The position numbers and the translations under genes are program-made. DNA of 64,000 bases from Halobacteriovoraceae bacterium (lineage in GTDB: Bacteria; Bdellovibrionota; Bacteriovoracia; Bacteriovoracales; Bacteriovoracaceae): NCBI GenBank assembly GCA_963719505.1, contig CAVRCF010000005.1, forward strand, positions 96,001 through 160,000, written 5' to 3'. Of the stretch, positions 1 through 8,624 are shown piece by piece. Each line of letters starts with the position of its first letter. Within the stretch, counting starts at the first letter, position 1. The notes under the pieces were generated by a model. The model was not told the origin of the DNA. It made no database searches and worked only from the letters and a program-made list of their open reading frames with translations.

Positions 1-97
1 GAAACCATCTCGCATAACCATCTAATCCGAGCTTATCAATTATCTCATTTATCTTTACCGACTTGCTTGCGTCAGAAAAATGCTTAAACCACTTCAT
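1..97 (-). CDS. Phage replication initiator N-terminus (DUF4373/Lin1244-like), partial, runs off window
   Basis: Hand translation: MKWFKHFSDASKSVKINEIIDKLGLDGYARWF...; WFKH...G..GY motif typical of phage replisome organisers; TAATG overlap with upstream ORF. Confidence 0.65.
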   Translation of the reverse strand, partial: MKWFKHFSDASKSVKINEIIDKLGLDGYARWF

Positions 98-249
98 TAA
101 TTATTCCTCTTGTCCCACTCTCTAATCATTTCTAATTCTTGTCGCAGCGAAAACTTCTGAGTTTTGCATCCACAAAAAAGACACTCAAGTCTTTGGTATT
201 GGCGACAAAATATCTTAACTGGCCATTTTCCGCAGTTACACTTTTTCAT
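97..249 (-). CDS. Small zinc-ribbon protein, Lar (restriction alleviation)-like, 50 aa, not in ORF track
   Basis: MKKCNCGKWPVKIFCRQYQRLECLFCGCKTQKFSLRQELEMIREWDKRNN; CxC...CxxCG and terminal W-x-K-R pattern; start abuts the stop of the upstream gene. Confidence 0.55.
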   Translation of the reverse strand: MKKCNCGKWPVKIFCRQYQRLECLFCGCKTQKFSLRQELEMIREWDKRNN

Positions 250-1335
250 CTAATATATGAGCTTGATATTTCTAATCTCACCATTGACAATAACCTCAAT
301 AATGGATTTAGCTGTTAATTCACTGATATCTAGAGTGCTCACTAAATCAGTCAAGACTTCATTTTTTACCCTCATCTGATGATTAAGGTTGTTTTTTCTC
401 TCAACCTCAAGTTTTCTTTTTGCTTCTTCTTCCTCTTTAATTCTTTCTTGCTCTTCTATTTTAGCTTTTTGAATTGCAAGAGCTTCTCGTTTTTCTGCTT
501 CAATTTTTTCATTTGCAGCCTTTTCCTCGGCCTCTTTCTTTTCTTGAATTATTTTCTTCTCAAGTTCAATTGCTCTTTTTTCAGCATCAATCTTTTCTTG
601 TTCTATTTTCTTCTCTCTTTCTAACGATTCTTTTTTTTCTCTTTCTACTTTCTCAGCTTGTATTCTCATTTCTTCTTGTGCTTTTCTTTCGGCAGACTCT
701 TTTGCCTCTCTGGCTATTTTTTCTTCTCTATCTTTCTGATCTCTAATCTCTTTATCTTTTCTTAGTTGTTCCAGCTCAGCTTTCTCTCTTTCTTGCTCTA
801 TTGCTTTTTTTATCGCTGAAGTATGGATCTCTATCGCTTCTGCTTTAACTCGAATTGCCTCGTCTTTATACTCTTCCCAATCATCAATTGAGGTGCTCTT
901 AAGTTGTTCTAGGTGTGTGCTTAAATCATCAGAGCTAAGATCATAACTTGGGGTTAGAAAAGCTCTTAAAGAGACCATCCTTAATTCGAGTTCCGCGACT
1001 CTCTTTTTTTCGACTTCTTCCCACTCAGTCAGCGGCTTTCTTATTTCTGATTGCAAGTCTATTAGAAAATCTTTTGCTATTTTCCCTTCTGCGTTTACCG
1101 CTTTCGTTTTTTTAGTCCAATCACTAACAATTGATAATCTTAAATCTTCTAAATACTTCCTGCTTTTTTGAACTTTTGAAGCTTGAGCTGTTATCGCCGC
1201 CCTTCCCTTTGCTGTTGAAATATCTGATTCAAAATTGGTCGCCAGCTTCTTGATATCTTCAAGCACAACCTTTAGCCCGCCCGTTGAAAAATAGTCTATG
1301 AGCTTCTTTTCTTCGACATTGATTAGTTCATTCAT
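250..1335 (-). CDS. Phage coiled-coil protein (E/K/A-rich C-terminus)
   Basis: 361 aa ORF, RBS AGGAG; DISTAKGRAAI motif common in phage early-region proteins. Confidence 0.75.
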   Translation of the reverse strand: MNELINVEEKKLIDYFSTGGLKVVLEDIKKLATNFESDISTAKGRAAITAQASKVQKSRKYLEDLRLSIVSDWTKKTKAVNAEGKIAKDFLIDLQSEIRKPLTEWEEVEKKRVAELELRMVSLRAFLTPSYDLSSDDLSTHLEQLKSTSIDDWEEYKDEAIRVKAEAIEIHTSAIKKAIEQEREKAELEQLRKDKEIRDQKDREEKIAREAKESAERKAQEEMRIQAEKVEREKKESLEREKKIEQEKIDAEKRAIELEKKIIQEKKEAEEKAANEKIEAEKREALAIQKAKIEEQERIKEEEEAKRKLEVERKNNLNHQMRVKNEVLTDLVSTLDISELTAKSIIEVIVNGEIRNIKLIY

Positions 1336-1343
1336 TTTTTCTC

Positions 1344-1979
1344 CTATGCTACTTCTAAGAGCTGATTTAATCTAAAAAGACTTTCTTTAACTTCTTTTGC
1401 ACAAAAATCTAAATTTTTCTTTAGTGATCTTATTAACTCTTCATCTCGCTCCACCACGAGATAAAGAGCTGGAAGGCCGGGGTGATAAGAAACAAAGATC
1501 CATTTATCAAATCCACTAACCAAGAGTGATCCTTGCACTTGCAATATATATTCCCTTGGCAAAACACCCGCCGATAAATAAGCGAGATGGGTGTGGATCA
1601 TTGGGCACTTCATTTCCAAGCCTAACTTTGTTTTTTCCTCGATGGCGTCAGGAGAACAACCGTACCCACACTCTTCACCCTTTTCGTTTACTGCGTCCAT
1701 AAAACCACAAGGAACAAAGCTGTGATCATAAACTAAATTCACATATTCAAGAGCCTCAACCTCAAGCTCGTTTCCTCTTTTCATAGCTTCGGATTGAAAT
1801 GTATCAAGTGGGTTTCCAACTACTAATTCGGCAACAGCCTTGTGCACTAATTCTGTATGTGAAGATGAGACCGCACCTTTTGGAGTTGTCGTTTTACTAA
1901 AATTAGAAGCCGTTATTCTTCCCAATCTACTATAGAACCATTCATCAGATCCCTGTTTGCAGTCAATTAGCTTATACAT
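1344..1979 (-). CDS. YqaJ / lambda-exonuclease family recombination nuclease
   Basis: QGSDEWFYSRLGRITAS, CSPDA, LEMKCP, YILQVQ motifs; start moved to MYKLID (RBS GAGGT). Confidence 0.9.
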   Translation of the reverse strand: MYKLIDCKQGSDEWFYSRLGRITASNFSKTTTPKGAVSSSHTELVHKAVAELVVGNPLDTFQSEAMKRGNELEVEALEYVNLVYDHSFVPCGFMDAVNEKGEECGYGCSPDAIEEKTKLGLEMKCPMIHTHLAYLSAGVLPREYILQVQGSLLVSGFDKWIFVSYHPGLPALYLVVERDEELIRSLKKNLDFCAKEVKESLFRLNQLLEVA

Positions 1980-2706
1980 TTGCAACCTCTTTTTTCTGTA
2001 GAGCTGCAATTCTTTTTTGCCTCATAAGTTTTATTGCCTTGTCAGCCTCAACCGAAGTTATTAGCGCTAGATCTGATACGTTTAGAAACTTAAGTAGTCG
2101 ATCTTTGTTGGATTTAGTTGATTCTATTAGTTCATCTAACTCTTTTGACTGAGCCTTTGTTACCATTGAATCAGATGCTCTTGCTGCATCATCATCTTCG
2201 CCAGCCGTGACCAAACCGAGTGCGTTCTCAAATAAAGCCCTCTTCGCATAAGAAAGTGCTGATTTTCTTTGTTGGCTAGTATTTAGTTTTTGATCACTTG
2301 CTTGTAATGTAGCGTAGGTGTATTCAAAATCTTTTTTATATCCATCAATATGAGAAACAGTCATCACTAAAACTGACTCACCATCACCCTTGTTTAAGCT
2401 ATTAAAAGAATAAGACAATCCACACTGAGAAAGGAAAGGTTTCGCGATATGAACAATTTCATCTAAGGGAGCATAAGAGTAATTTACCGAATTAAATGAA
2501 ACCTTTTTATTTCTTTTAATTATTGGACAGAGACCTTGAAACTCAGACATAGCTAAATTGAATCTCTTTTCATTCTGTCTCTCTTCCATTTTTATTTGAA
2601 GATCCATAAATTTCTCTAATCTTTCAGGATCAATGTCTTTTCTTTTCACAATCTCCATTAGAGCTATTTGGACATCGGAATCTTCTTTTTTTATTAATTC
2701 ACTCAC
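1972..2706 (-). CDS. ERF-family single-strand annealing protein
   Basis: YSYAPLDEIV...P.LSQCGL and SALSYAKR...LGL...EDDDA motifs; paired with YqaJ. Confidence 0.88.
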   Translation of the reverse strand: MSELIKKEDSDVQIALMEIVKRKDIDPERLEKFMDLQIKMEERQNEKRFNLAMSEFQGLCPIIKRNKKVSFNSVNYSYAPLDEIVHIAKPFLSQCGLSYSFNSLNKGDGESVLVMTVSHIDGYKKDFEYTYATLQASDQKLNTSQQRKSALSYAKRALFENALGLVTAGEDDDAARASDSMVTKAQSKELDELIESTKSNKDRLLKFLNVSDLALITSVEADKAIKLMRQKRIAALQKKEVANV

Positions 2707-2990
2707 TACGCCACCTCTCTTTGATATATCTCAAATTTCTTATCAACCAAGCTTTTTGCCATAGCTTCAATCTCTTCATAGATATCTGGAGATGCAAACA
2801 TGATCGCCTCAGTGATTTCTTCGAGCTCTCTGTTTGTATAAATTCTTAAAAATTCTATTGTTGACTCATTGTCTTCATGAGTTTTGACTATGATTGTGTG
2901 ACGGACATCAATGTGAAGATTAACTTTTTCACCGTTTTCTTTTTCACCAACTTCAAACTCAAACTTAAAGTCATCATTAAAACTCGCCAT
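2706..2990 (-). CDS. Hypothetical phage protein
   Basis: ATG at 2990 with GGAGG RBS; couples to ERF start. Confidence 0.65.
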   Translation of the reverse strand: MASFNDDFKFEFEVGEKENGEKVNLHIDVRHTIIVKTHEDNESTIEFLRIYTNRELEEITEAIMFASPDIYEEIEAMAKSLVDKKFEIYQREVA

Positions 2991-3096
2991 ATTCCCTCCA
3001 AGAAGACGCACGAATACACCGTGCAAAATTTATACTTATGCTAAATAATTATTGTTAAATTTTTGTAATTCTGTAGAGTCAATCCATGACGCTGAA

Positions 3097-3324
3097 TTAA
3101 GCCGCTTCCTCTTCTGCCAAGAACGGGAATAGCTCGTCAAAACTTAAGCCTGTCGCCAAACAGAGCTTATTTATTGTTTCCAAAGTGGGGTTGTTTGTTA
3201 CACCCCTTAAAAGTTTATCAAGTGAAGATTGTGAGATGTCTGACTTGATAACCAGTTTTTCCATTCCCTTGTTTCCAAGAGATTCAATATATTTATTAAG
3301 TAGTTTTGCGTTAAGTTTTCTCAT
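3097..3324 (-). CDS. Cro-like XRE HTH regulator
   Basis: 75 aa; SDISQSSLDKL...NPTLETINKLCLATG HTH; divergent from cI-like gene and heads the early operon. Confidence 0.85.
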   Translation of the reverse strand: MRKLNAKLLNKYIESLGNKGMEKLVIKSDISQSSLDKLLRGVTNNPTLETINKLCLATGLSFDELFPFLAEEEAA

Positions 3325-3359
3325 GTGATGACTTTAAGGCTTATTCGCCTTCGGTGCAA
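3325..3359 (-). promoter_or_regulatory. Sigma70-type promoter for cro-like gene (probably leaderless) with operator in the spacer
   Basis: Minus strand TTGCAC-17 nt-TAAAGT-6 nt-ATG; no SD; palindrome AAGGC-TTATTC-GCCTT (3336-3351) lies in the spacer. Confidence 0.6.
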
Positions 3360-3368
3360 CAATAAAAT

Positions 3369-3382
3369 GAGCGAATACGCTC
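3369..3382. promoter_or_regulatory. Second operator-like palindrome of the genetic switch
   Basis: GAGCG-AATA-CGCTC; shares core GCGAATA with the reverse complement of the 3336-3351 site. Confidence 0.55.
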
Positions 3383-3430
3383 TTTTGTAATATTATTAAT
3401 GCTTTATACTAGCCTAAAGGTGTGTAAAAA

Positions 3431-3817
3431 ATGCAAATTGGAATCTCTATTAACAAAGCTAGGAAGGATCTCGGGTTGTCGAGAGAAAATCTTGCGGAAA
3501 AAATAGGGGTCAGCACTAGCACGGTTATGAGATGGGAGAAGGAAACCATACACCCATCTTTTGAGAGTGTAGTTATGCTCTCAAAGTGCCTTCATAAGCC
3601 TTTGGAGTATTTTTCTGGAGAGATCAAAAGAGAAGAAAACACCCATAAAGCTATTAGTATCAGTGACTTCCTAGCGGCTACCACTGAGAGCTCCGAGCTA
3701 ATTTCCCTAATAAGCCAACTAAATCCATCTCAAAGCAAAGACGATCTTCTTGAAGATATGAAAGACCTTGTTAGGTCCGAGATCAAGCGGAGTCAACCTC
3801 GCTCTCAAGAGGCTTGA
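3431..3817 (+). CDS. cI-like XRE repressor (no S24 peptidase domain visible)
   Basis: LGLSRENLAEKIGVSTSTVMRWE HTH; divergent from cro-like gene. Confidence 0.85.
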   Translation: MQIGISINKARKDLGLSRENLAEKIGVSTSTVMRWEKETIHPSFESVVMLSKCLHKPLEYFSGEIKREENTHKAISISDFLAATTESSELISLISQLNPSQSKDDLLEDMKDLVRSEIKRSQPRSQEA

Positions 3818-3962
3818 CGATCTCAAGCTTTCTCTTTTTAACAATCTTAACTTCAATGTAGAGATTAGGACTTTCTAGAGATAGGAAATCCTCTAACTTC
3901 GATCCACTTTTAAAATCTCGCACTGCCAACCTGATAATGTTCAATATTTCGCATATAACCAT
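3783..3962 (-). CDS. Possible small ORF convergent with and overlapping the repressor 3' end (59 aa, or 46 aa from GTG 3923)
   Basis: Open frame ...RDFKSGSKLEDFLSLESPNLYIEVKIVKKRKLEIVKPLESEVDSA; no recognisable family. Confidence 0.3.
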   Translation of the reverse strand: MVICEILNIIRLAVRDFKSGSKLEDFLSLESPNLYIEVKIVKKRKLEIVKPLESEVDSA

Positions 3963-4231
3963 ATATAGAAAATAAACTCTTAACTTAATTTAAGTAGCGT
4001 TAAATTTTCTTAATGCATTATTGGGTCGTTAAGAAATCTTAATTTGTTTTCTGTAAAGGTTATATATTTAACTGAAGGGAATTTATTTAAAAATAATTGA
4101 ACATTAAGCTATCTTAATCTTAATTTTCCCTAATATGACAGATCTGAGTTTTAGCCTACAAAAGTTGGCAAATTGATCTTTTCATCACTTTATTTTCTTC
4201 CGAAGATGAGAGAACTCTCGATTTTTATTTT

Positions 4232-4606
4232 ATGTATGAGCTTCATTTTAAAATGTACGGCTTGCCCAAGAGTTTAAATAAATCTCTTCGGACAAATAGG
4301 TATCAGAGAAATGATGAATACAAATTTTGGTATGATGCTGTTTGCGAAATGCTTCAAGATAAGAGACCAGATCTTCCTCTTAAGCGCGCGAAAATAAAGA
4401 TAGTTCGACATTTTTATCGAGAATTAGACTTCGATGGCCTTGTCGGTTCGTTCAAACCAATTGTAGACTCTTTGATACATGCAGGAATAATTATTGATGA
4501 TAATTGGAAGTGCTTAGGTTCGTGGGATGTGGATCAAAGGTACTGTTCTAAGAAAGAACATAAAAGTGGTTTTTTTGAGTTAACGGTTTCAGAGCTACCT
4601 ATTTAA
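4232..4606 (+). CDS. RusA-like Holliday junction resolvase
   Basis: PKSLN N-terminus; DFDGLVGSFKPIVDSLIHAGIIIDDN matches the RusA D..N..K...D.L......DD pattern. Confidence 0.75.
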   Translation: MYELHFKMYGLPKSLNKSLRTNRYQRNDEYKFWYDAVCEMLQDKRPDLPLKRAKIKIVRHFYRELDFDGLVGSFKPIVDSLIHAGIIIDDNWKCLGSWDVDQRYCSKKEHKSGFFELTVSELPI

Positions 4607-4645
4607 TTTTTTTACTCGAAGTAAAAAATAAAATAGGAGAGCTGA

Positions 4646-5698
4646 ATGAATCAGGTAAAAGTAGAAGCAGATGCTTCAATTTCTAAAATCAGAGAAATTC
4701 TCAGTCGAGAAGAATCTAAAAATATTGTCATAGGCTTAAATGATAAAGAGTCCTTTCCTGAGCATTTGCCGGAATTTGATGAGGTTTATCTTTATTCTGA
4801 AAAATCAATAGATATCGCACTTTCTAAAATTAAATGGATGCCAGAGTACATGAAGGAAGACGCTAAACAATATGCGCTACTTGAGGTTTATGGAGCTTGG
4901 CAAAAGATATCTTCAGAAGTTACCACTTGGAAATCATACATTAATCAAAGGGCCAAGGGAGCTATAAAGGATTTTATAAAACTTGGAAAGGGTGATCAAG
5001 CTCACAAGTGGATGAGAAGTGGTAATAAGAGGTGTGATAAATGTAGAGACTTGGATGAGGAATCCAGCAAGAAGTGTGAGTGTAAGATTGCTAGATCTTC
5101 ATATTTAAAGTCAAGAGTGTCCGTTCGTAATGATAAAGGTGAATATTTAGATGTTGATGAGATAGCTGGAAGAGGTGGTTTTTATCATGAGCAACCTCTC
5201 GACGACGAGCCTAAAATAAAGTGGGACCTTCTTTCCAGAATGGCTTCAAAAGATGATGTGACGCTTTTGGTCGCAAAATATCTATCAGGCACGGAAATCC
5301 AAGAAATGTCGGACATGTCAAAAGTATCAAGGGAAAGATTCTCTCAAGTTATTAATCAATTCTTTAGAGATGTTGAATCAAAAGCACTGGAGAATAGTAG
5401 TTGGAATATTCAGCTTATGTATGCACTTGGTCTTTCTTCTAGGCTTGGTCTTGAGGATAGGGATAACGGAGAGGGGTGGGACTGTGAGCCCGCTGATATC
5501 TTTAGTGATGACATCATCTTTGATGGGAGGAGGTACTCTCCTCAAGTTAATATGTTTGGGGATGATTCCAGAGTTTATAACTCTTCGTTCAAAAAAGACA
5601 TAACTCACACTGATTCAGATGACAGAGATAATGATTACTCTCAGGATTACGCTGAAGAGTATGCTTTGGCTCATGAGCAAATTGGTTTTGAGCTATGA
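4646..5698 (+). CDS. Phage sigma70-family-like factor with Cys-rich insertion
   Basis: Region 2-like EDAKQYALL...WKSYINQRAKGAIKDFIK; CDKC...CEC insertion; region 4-like GTEIQEMSDMSKVSRERFSQVI. Confidence 0.65.
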   Translation: MNQVKVEADASISKIREILSREESKNIVIGLNDKESFPEHLPEFDEVYLYSEKSIDIALSKIKWMPEYMKEDAKQYALLEVYGAWQKISSEVTTWKSYINQRAKGAIKDFIKLGKGDQAHKWMRSGNKRCDKCRDLDEESSKKCECKIARSSYLKSRVSVRNDKGEYLDVDEIAGRGGFYHEQPLDDEPKIKWDLLSRMASKDDVTLLVAKYLSGTEIQEMSDMSKVSRERFSQVINQFFRDVESKALENSSWNIQLMYALGLSSRLGLEDRDNGEGWDCEPADIFSDDIIFDGRRYSPQVNMFGDDSRVYNSSFKKDITHTDSDDRDNDYSQDYAEEYALAHEQIGFEL

Positions 5699-6168
5699 TT
5701 AAGGTCAAAGCCTATCTTGAATCAGAAAAGCTCAAAGATAAATTAAAATATATTTCTATAAAGTACGGAAAAGAAGAAATTTTTGAAGATATATACCAAG
5801 ATTACTGTGTTCATATTCTGAGTGGTAAAGGAAGCAAACAGACAGTCGAGCAGTTTTTTATAGATTACTCCAGAAAGAAGGGGTTTTATGTTCGAGAGGG
5901 TTTTAATGATAGCGCAGCATTCTCTTTAAGGAACAAATCTCAAAGCCTTGAGGATATAGATTTTCTAATTGGTGATTGTGACAACATCCCAGATGGCTTA
6001 GATCTAGAGGATTTACTGGATGGCCACAAGAGATCTATTTATATTCTGATGACAAAGTGGGGTTTTACCTTTGGAGAGATAGCCCACTTATTTAATGTGA
6101 GCGAGAGTCGTGTTTGTCAGATAGTTAAGTCGATTAAAGAAGATTGTTTTAACCTAGAGGAGTCTTAA
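5695..6168 (+). CDS. Small phage sigma factor (region 2 + region 4)
   Basis: EDIYQD...FFIDYSRK and GFTFGEIAHLFNVSESRVCQI (FliA-like region 4.2). Confidence 0.75.
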   Translation: MIKVKAYLESEKLKDKLKYISIKYGKEEIFEDIYQDYCVHILSGKGSKQTVEQFFIDYSRKKGFYVREGFNDSAAFSLRNKSQSLEDIDFLIGDCDNIPDGLDLEDLLDGHKRSIYILMTKWGFTFGEIAHLFNVSESRVCQIVKSIKEDCFNLEES

Positions 6169-6759
6169 TTGAAAAAGTCATATAATCAGTACGTTGAAGA
6201 AGCTAAAGGTTTCCTTAAGAATATTGAAGAAACAAAATTTAAAATATCCAAATTGGCCCTAGAGGTTTGTCAGATAAGACATGGTGGTATTTCGACCCAA
6301 TATTATACTCTCAAGGATTTCGCTGGAGATATAGGTATGAAACCTAAGACTCTTCAGAATTGGGTCCGAATTTACAGAGATATATTGCTGGTATGCGAAA
6401 AGCCTAACCCTTCACCTACTGATTGGAAAAACGCTGGGAAAGTAGAAAACATTCTAAAAAACAAGAGAACTGTAAGTAACAAAGAAGAGGGCACACAAGG
6501 AACCCTTTCTCAGTGGAATAAGAAAGTCCCTAAGAGCACTATAAACGATATTTTTTCCAGTATCGAGTCAGGAGAGGAGCAGGACTTGAATTTAAATAGA
6601 CTCTACAGGCAGTCAAAGCATTGTAAGTTCTTGCTCTCCAAGATTGATATGGGGGCTTCAGATCGTTCTACTTTGATTGAAATCATGAGTGATCTTGATA
6701 TTGTGAGTGATACGATCAATGACTATCTCTCAAGTAACCCTAAGGGGGTGGCATGTTAG
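6169..6759 (+). CDS. HTH-containing phage protein
   Basis: YTLKDFAGDIGMKPKTLQNWV HTH; TTG start with GAGGAG RBS. Confidence 0.6.
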   Translation: MKKSYNQYVEEAKGFLKNIEETKFKISKLALEVCQIRHGGISTQYYTLKDFAGDIGMKPKTLQNWVRIYRDILLVCEKPNPSPTDWKNAGKVENILKNKRTVSNKEEGTQGTLSQWNKKVPKSTINDIFSSIESGEEQDLNLNRLYRQSKHCKFLLSKIDMGASDRSTLIEIMSDLDIVSDTINDYLSSNPKGVAC

Positions 6760-6920
6760 TCCTAACGATAAGCCCTAAGAAAAGGTTAGAGATAAGCTCA
6801 GAAGGAGAGAAGATTGTCATAAGGGCAAAGAAGAAGTCTACATTGTACCTTGAGATTGATAAGTCCGTTAAATTCAAACTGGTTAAGAATGACGAAGAAA
6901 GCAAAGAAAACCGTTCTTAG
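6753..6920 (+). CDS. CsrA-like small protein, 55 aa, not in ORF track
   Basis: MLVLTISPKKRLEISSEGEKIVIRAKKKSTLYLEIDKSVKFKLVKNDEESKENRS; RBS AAGGGGGT; MLVLT N-terminus and beta-strand pattern of CsrA; overlaps both neighbours. Confidence 0.5.
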   Translation: MLVLTISPKKRLEISSEGEKIVIRAKKKSTLYLEIDKSVKFKLVKNDEESKENRS

Positions 6921-7476
6921 CCCGAAGCAGGAGGAATTCTGTCAGCAATATGTTTTAGATAAGAACGCCACTCAAGCTGCGTTGCGTGCAAACTATGCTG
7001 AGAAAAGTGCTGCCTCTCAAGCCTCAGCCCTCCTTCAGAAACCTAAGATTTCAGCGAGGATCAACCAGCTTATCGAAGCTAGGCACGAACGGATTCATAT
7101 CAGTGCTGATCGAGTTCTCCAAGAGATCGCTTCAATTGCGATGGTAGAAGTTGACCATTTTTCTACGTGGGACGGCAAAGAGTTTAAGATTAAGCCATTT
7201 AATGAGATGCATCCGATTGCCAAGAAAGCTATTAAGAATATTAGGTCCACGACAGTTGAGACTAATGTGAAATATAAAACGTGTCCAAAAACTGGAGATG
7301 AGATTAGAACCGTTGGAAGTGTCACAACATATATGGATCTCACTCTTCACTCAAAAGATAAGTCTCTTGAAATGATGGCCAAGCACTTTAAGCTTCTTGA
7401 TGGCAACGAAGGTGATATCGACAATGAGTTGGATGATGCTCTTGAGGTACTTGAATCTGAGGAACAAGGTAAATAA
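6889..7476 (+). CDS. terS: Terminase small subunit
   Basis: LSPKQEEFCQQY...NATQAALRANYAEKSA...LL HTH and KDKSLEMMAKH motif; start moved to MTKKAK. Confidence 0.92.
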   Translation: MTKKAKKTVLSPKQEEFCQQYVLDKNATQAALRANYAEKSAASQASALLQKPKISARINQLIEARHERIHISADRVLQEIASIAMVEVDHFSTWDGKEFKIKPFNEMHPIAKKAIKNIRSTTVETNVKYKTCPKTGDEIRTVGSVTTYMDLTLHSKDKSLEMMAKHFKLLDGNEGDIDNELDDALEVLESEEQGK

Positions 7477-7521
7477 TCCATACTTGCTTTGAAATTGGAA
7501 TCTCAAACCCTATAAGGAATT

Positions 7522-7917
7522 ATGGAAAGAGAGATTGAGAGATATATTAGAAAAGCGCTCGAAGAGGGTATTCTTAACAAAGATAACCAAGAGCACGAGA
7601 GAGCCCTTAGGGAGATCCTGAGCGACCCCAACAAGCTAATGAATGACCAAGTTAAGTTTTTCAATGCCCAACTTAAAAAACAGGCATTAAAAGAGTTTAT
7701 TGAGTCTAAAAATCTAGATGCCACTGCAGTTTCAATTCAGTATTCAGGGTTTGCAGATAGGCTACTTGATGAATTAGCTGAGCACGAAACCCAAAATAAT
7801 CCAATTCGAGTCACCAAGAGAGACTTGATCCGAATAGCAATCGCTAAATATATCGGCATATCCCCAGAAGAAACAGATCCTAGATATTGGCAAAAGAAGT
7901 TCAACGGTAAGAAGTGA
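7522..7917 (+). CDS. Hypothetical protein with RHH-like C-terminal segment
   Basis: AAGGA RBS; VSIQY...LLDELA...VTKRDLIRIAIAKYI resembles a ribbon-helix-helix. Confidence 0.55.
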   Translation: MEREIERYIRKALEEGILNKDNQEHERALREILSDPNKLMNDQVKFFNAQLKKQALKEFIESKNLDATAVSIQYSGFADRLLDELAEHETQNNPIRVTKRDLIRIAIAKYIGISPEETDPRYWQKKFNGKK

Positions 7918-8169
7918 ACTTGTAAGGTATTGATTTAAGGGGATAATTGTATTTAGTTTAAGTGTGTTACACTTTTGGCTTTAATCGAAATACGTTTTAA
8001 TGTAGAATGTATTCAGGTTAGGGATCGCACAAGTTACAGTTACAACGCGCCAATGTTCAAGTTTAACCCCTAAGCTCAATACTGGATGAGCAAGTCACAC
8101 CTCAAAATTGGGGGTGGCTTCCTCTTAAGTAGATTAGCATGAAAACTATTTCAAAATCAAGAGGGTATT

Positions 8170-8589
8170 ATGACAGCTAAAACACCAACATCATTAAGAA
8201 TGAGCCATAAAGAAAGAGAATTCATTGAAAGTCTTGGTGATGGTAAGCTGTCTGAAGGCTTTCAAAAACTCTTGATTCTTGGTGGAATTGAGGGTTTTGA
8301 GCTTGATGAGGAAAGAATGCGCTTCAATGTTGGTCTTAGCCTTGATGCTGACTACTTGATTCTCGATGGTCCTTTAGAAAAAAGGGCTTTGATTTATCCT
8401 ATACCAAAGCAATTTAATAGGCATGATTTAGCTGTGGATGACGTTATTTTCAATGAATCTTTCGCCGATTGGTTACAAGAGAAAGTGTTATCCATATCAA
8501 AAAAAACGATTGTTCGTATTGATCTATCTTACTCCTATGGAGATGGAAGGGTTGGAGTTGAATTTTTAGCAGATAGAGATAGTATGTAA
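8170..8589 (+). CDS. Hypothetical protein with RHH-like N-terminus
   Basis: GAGGG RBS; TSLRMSHKEREFIESL...SEGFQKLL resembles CopG/RHH. Confidence 0.55.
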   Translation: MTAKTPTSLRMSHKEREFIESLGDGKLSEGFQKLLILGGIEGFELDEERMRFNVGLSLDADYLILDGPLEKRALIYPIPKQFNRHDLAVDDVIFNESFADWLQEKVLSISKKTIVRIDLSYSYGDGRVGVEFLADRDSM

Positions 8590-8624
8590 ATTATCACTAA
8601 TAAATATTTTCTCGATAGCCCTAT

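Noticed and set aside
379-746. Phe/Leu-rich plus-strand ORFs (379-624, 474-746) and many similar shadow ORFs across the window
   Set aside because: Antisense or alternate-frame shadows of well-supported genes; no RBS or family motifs
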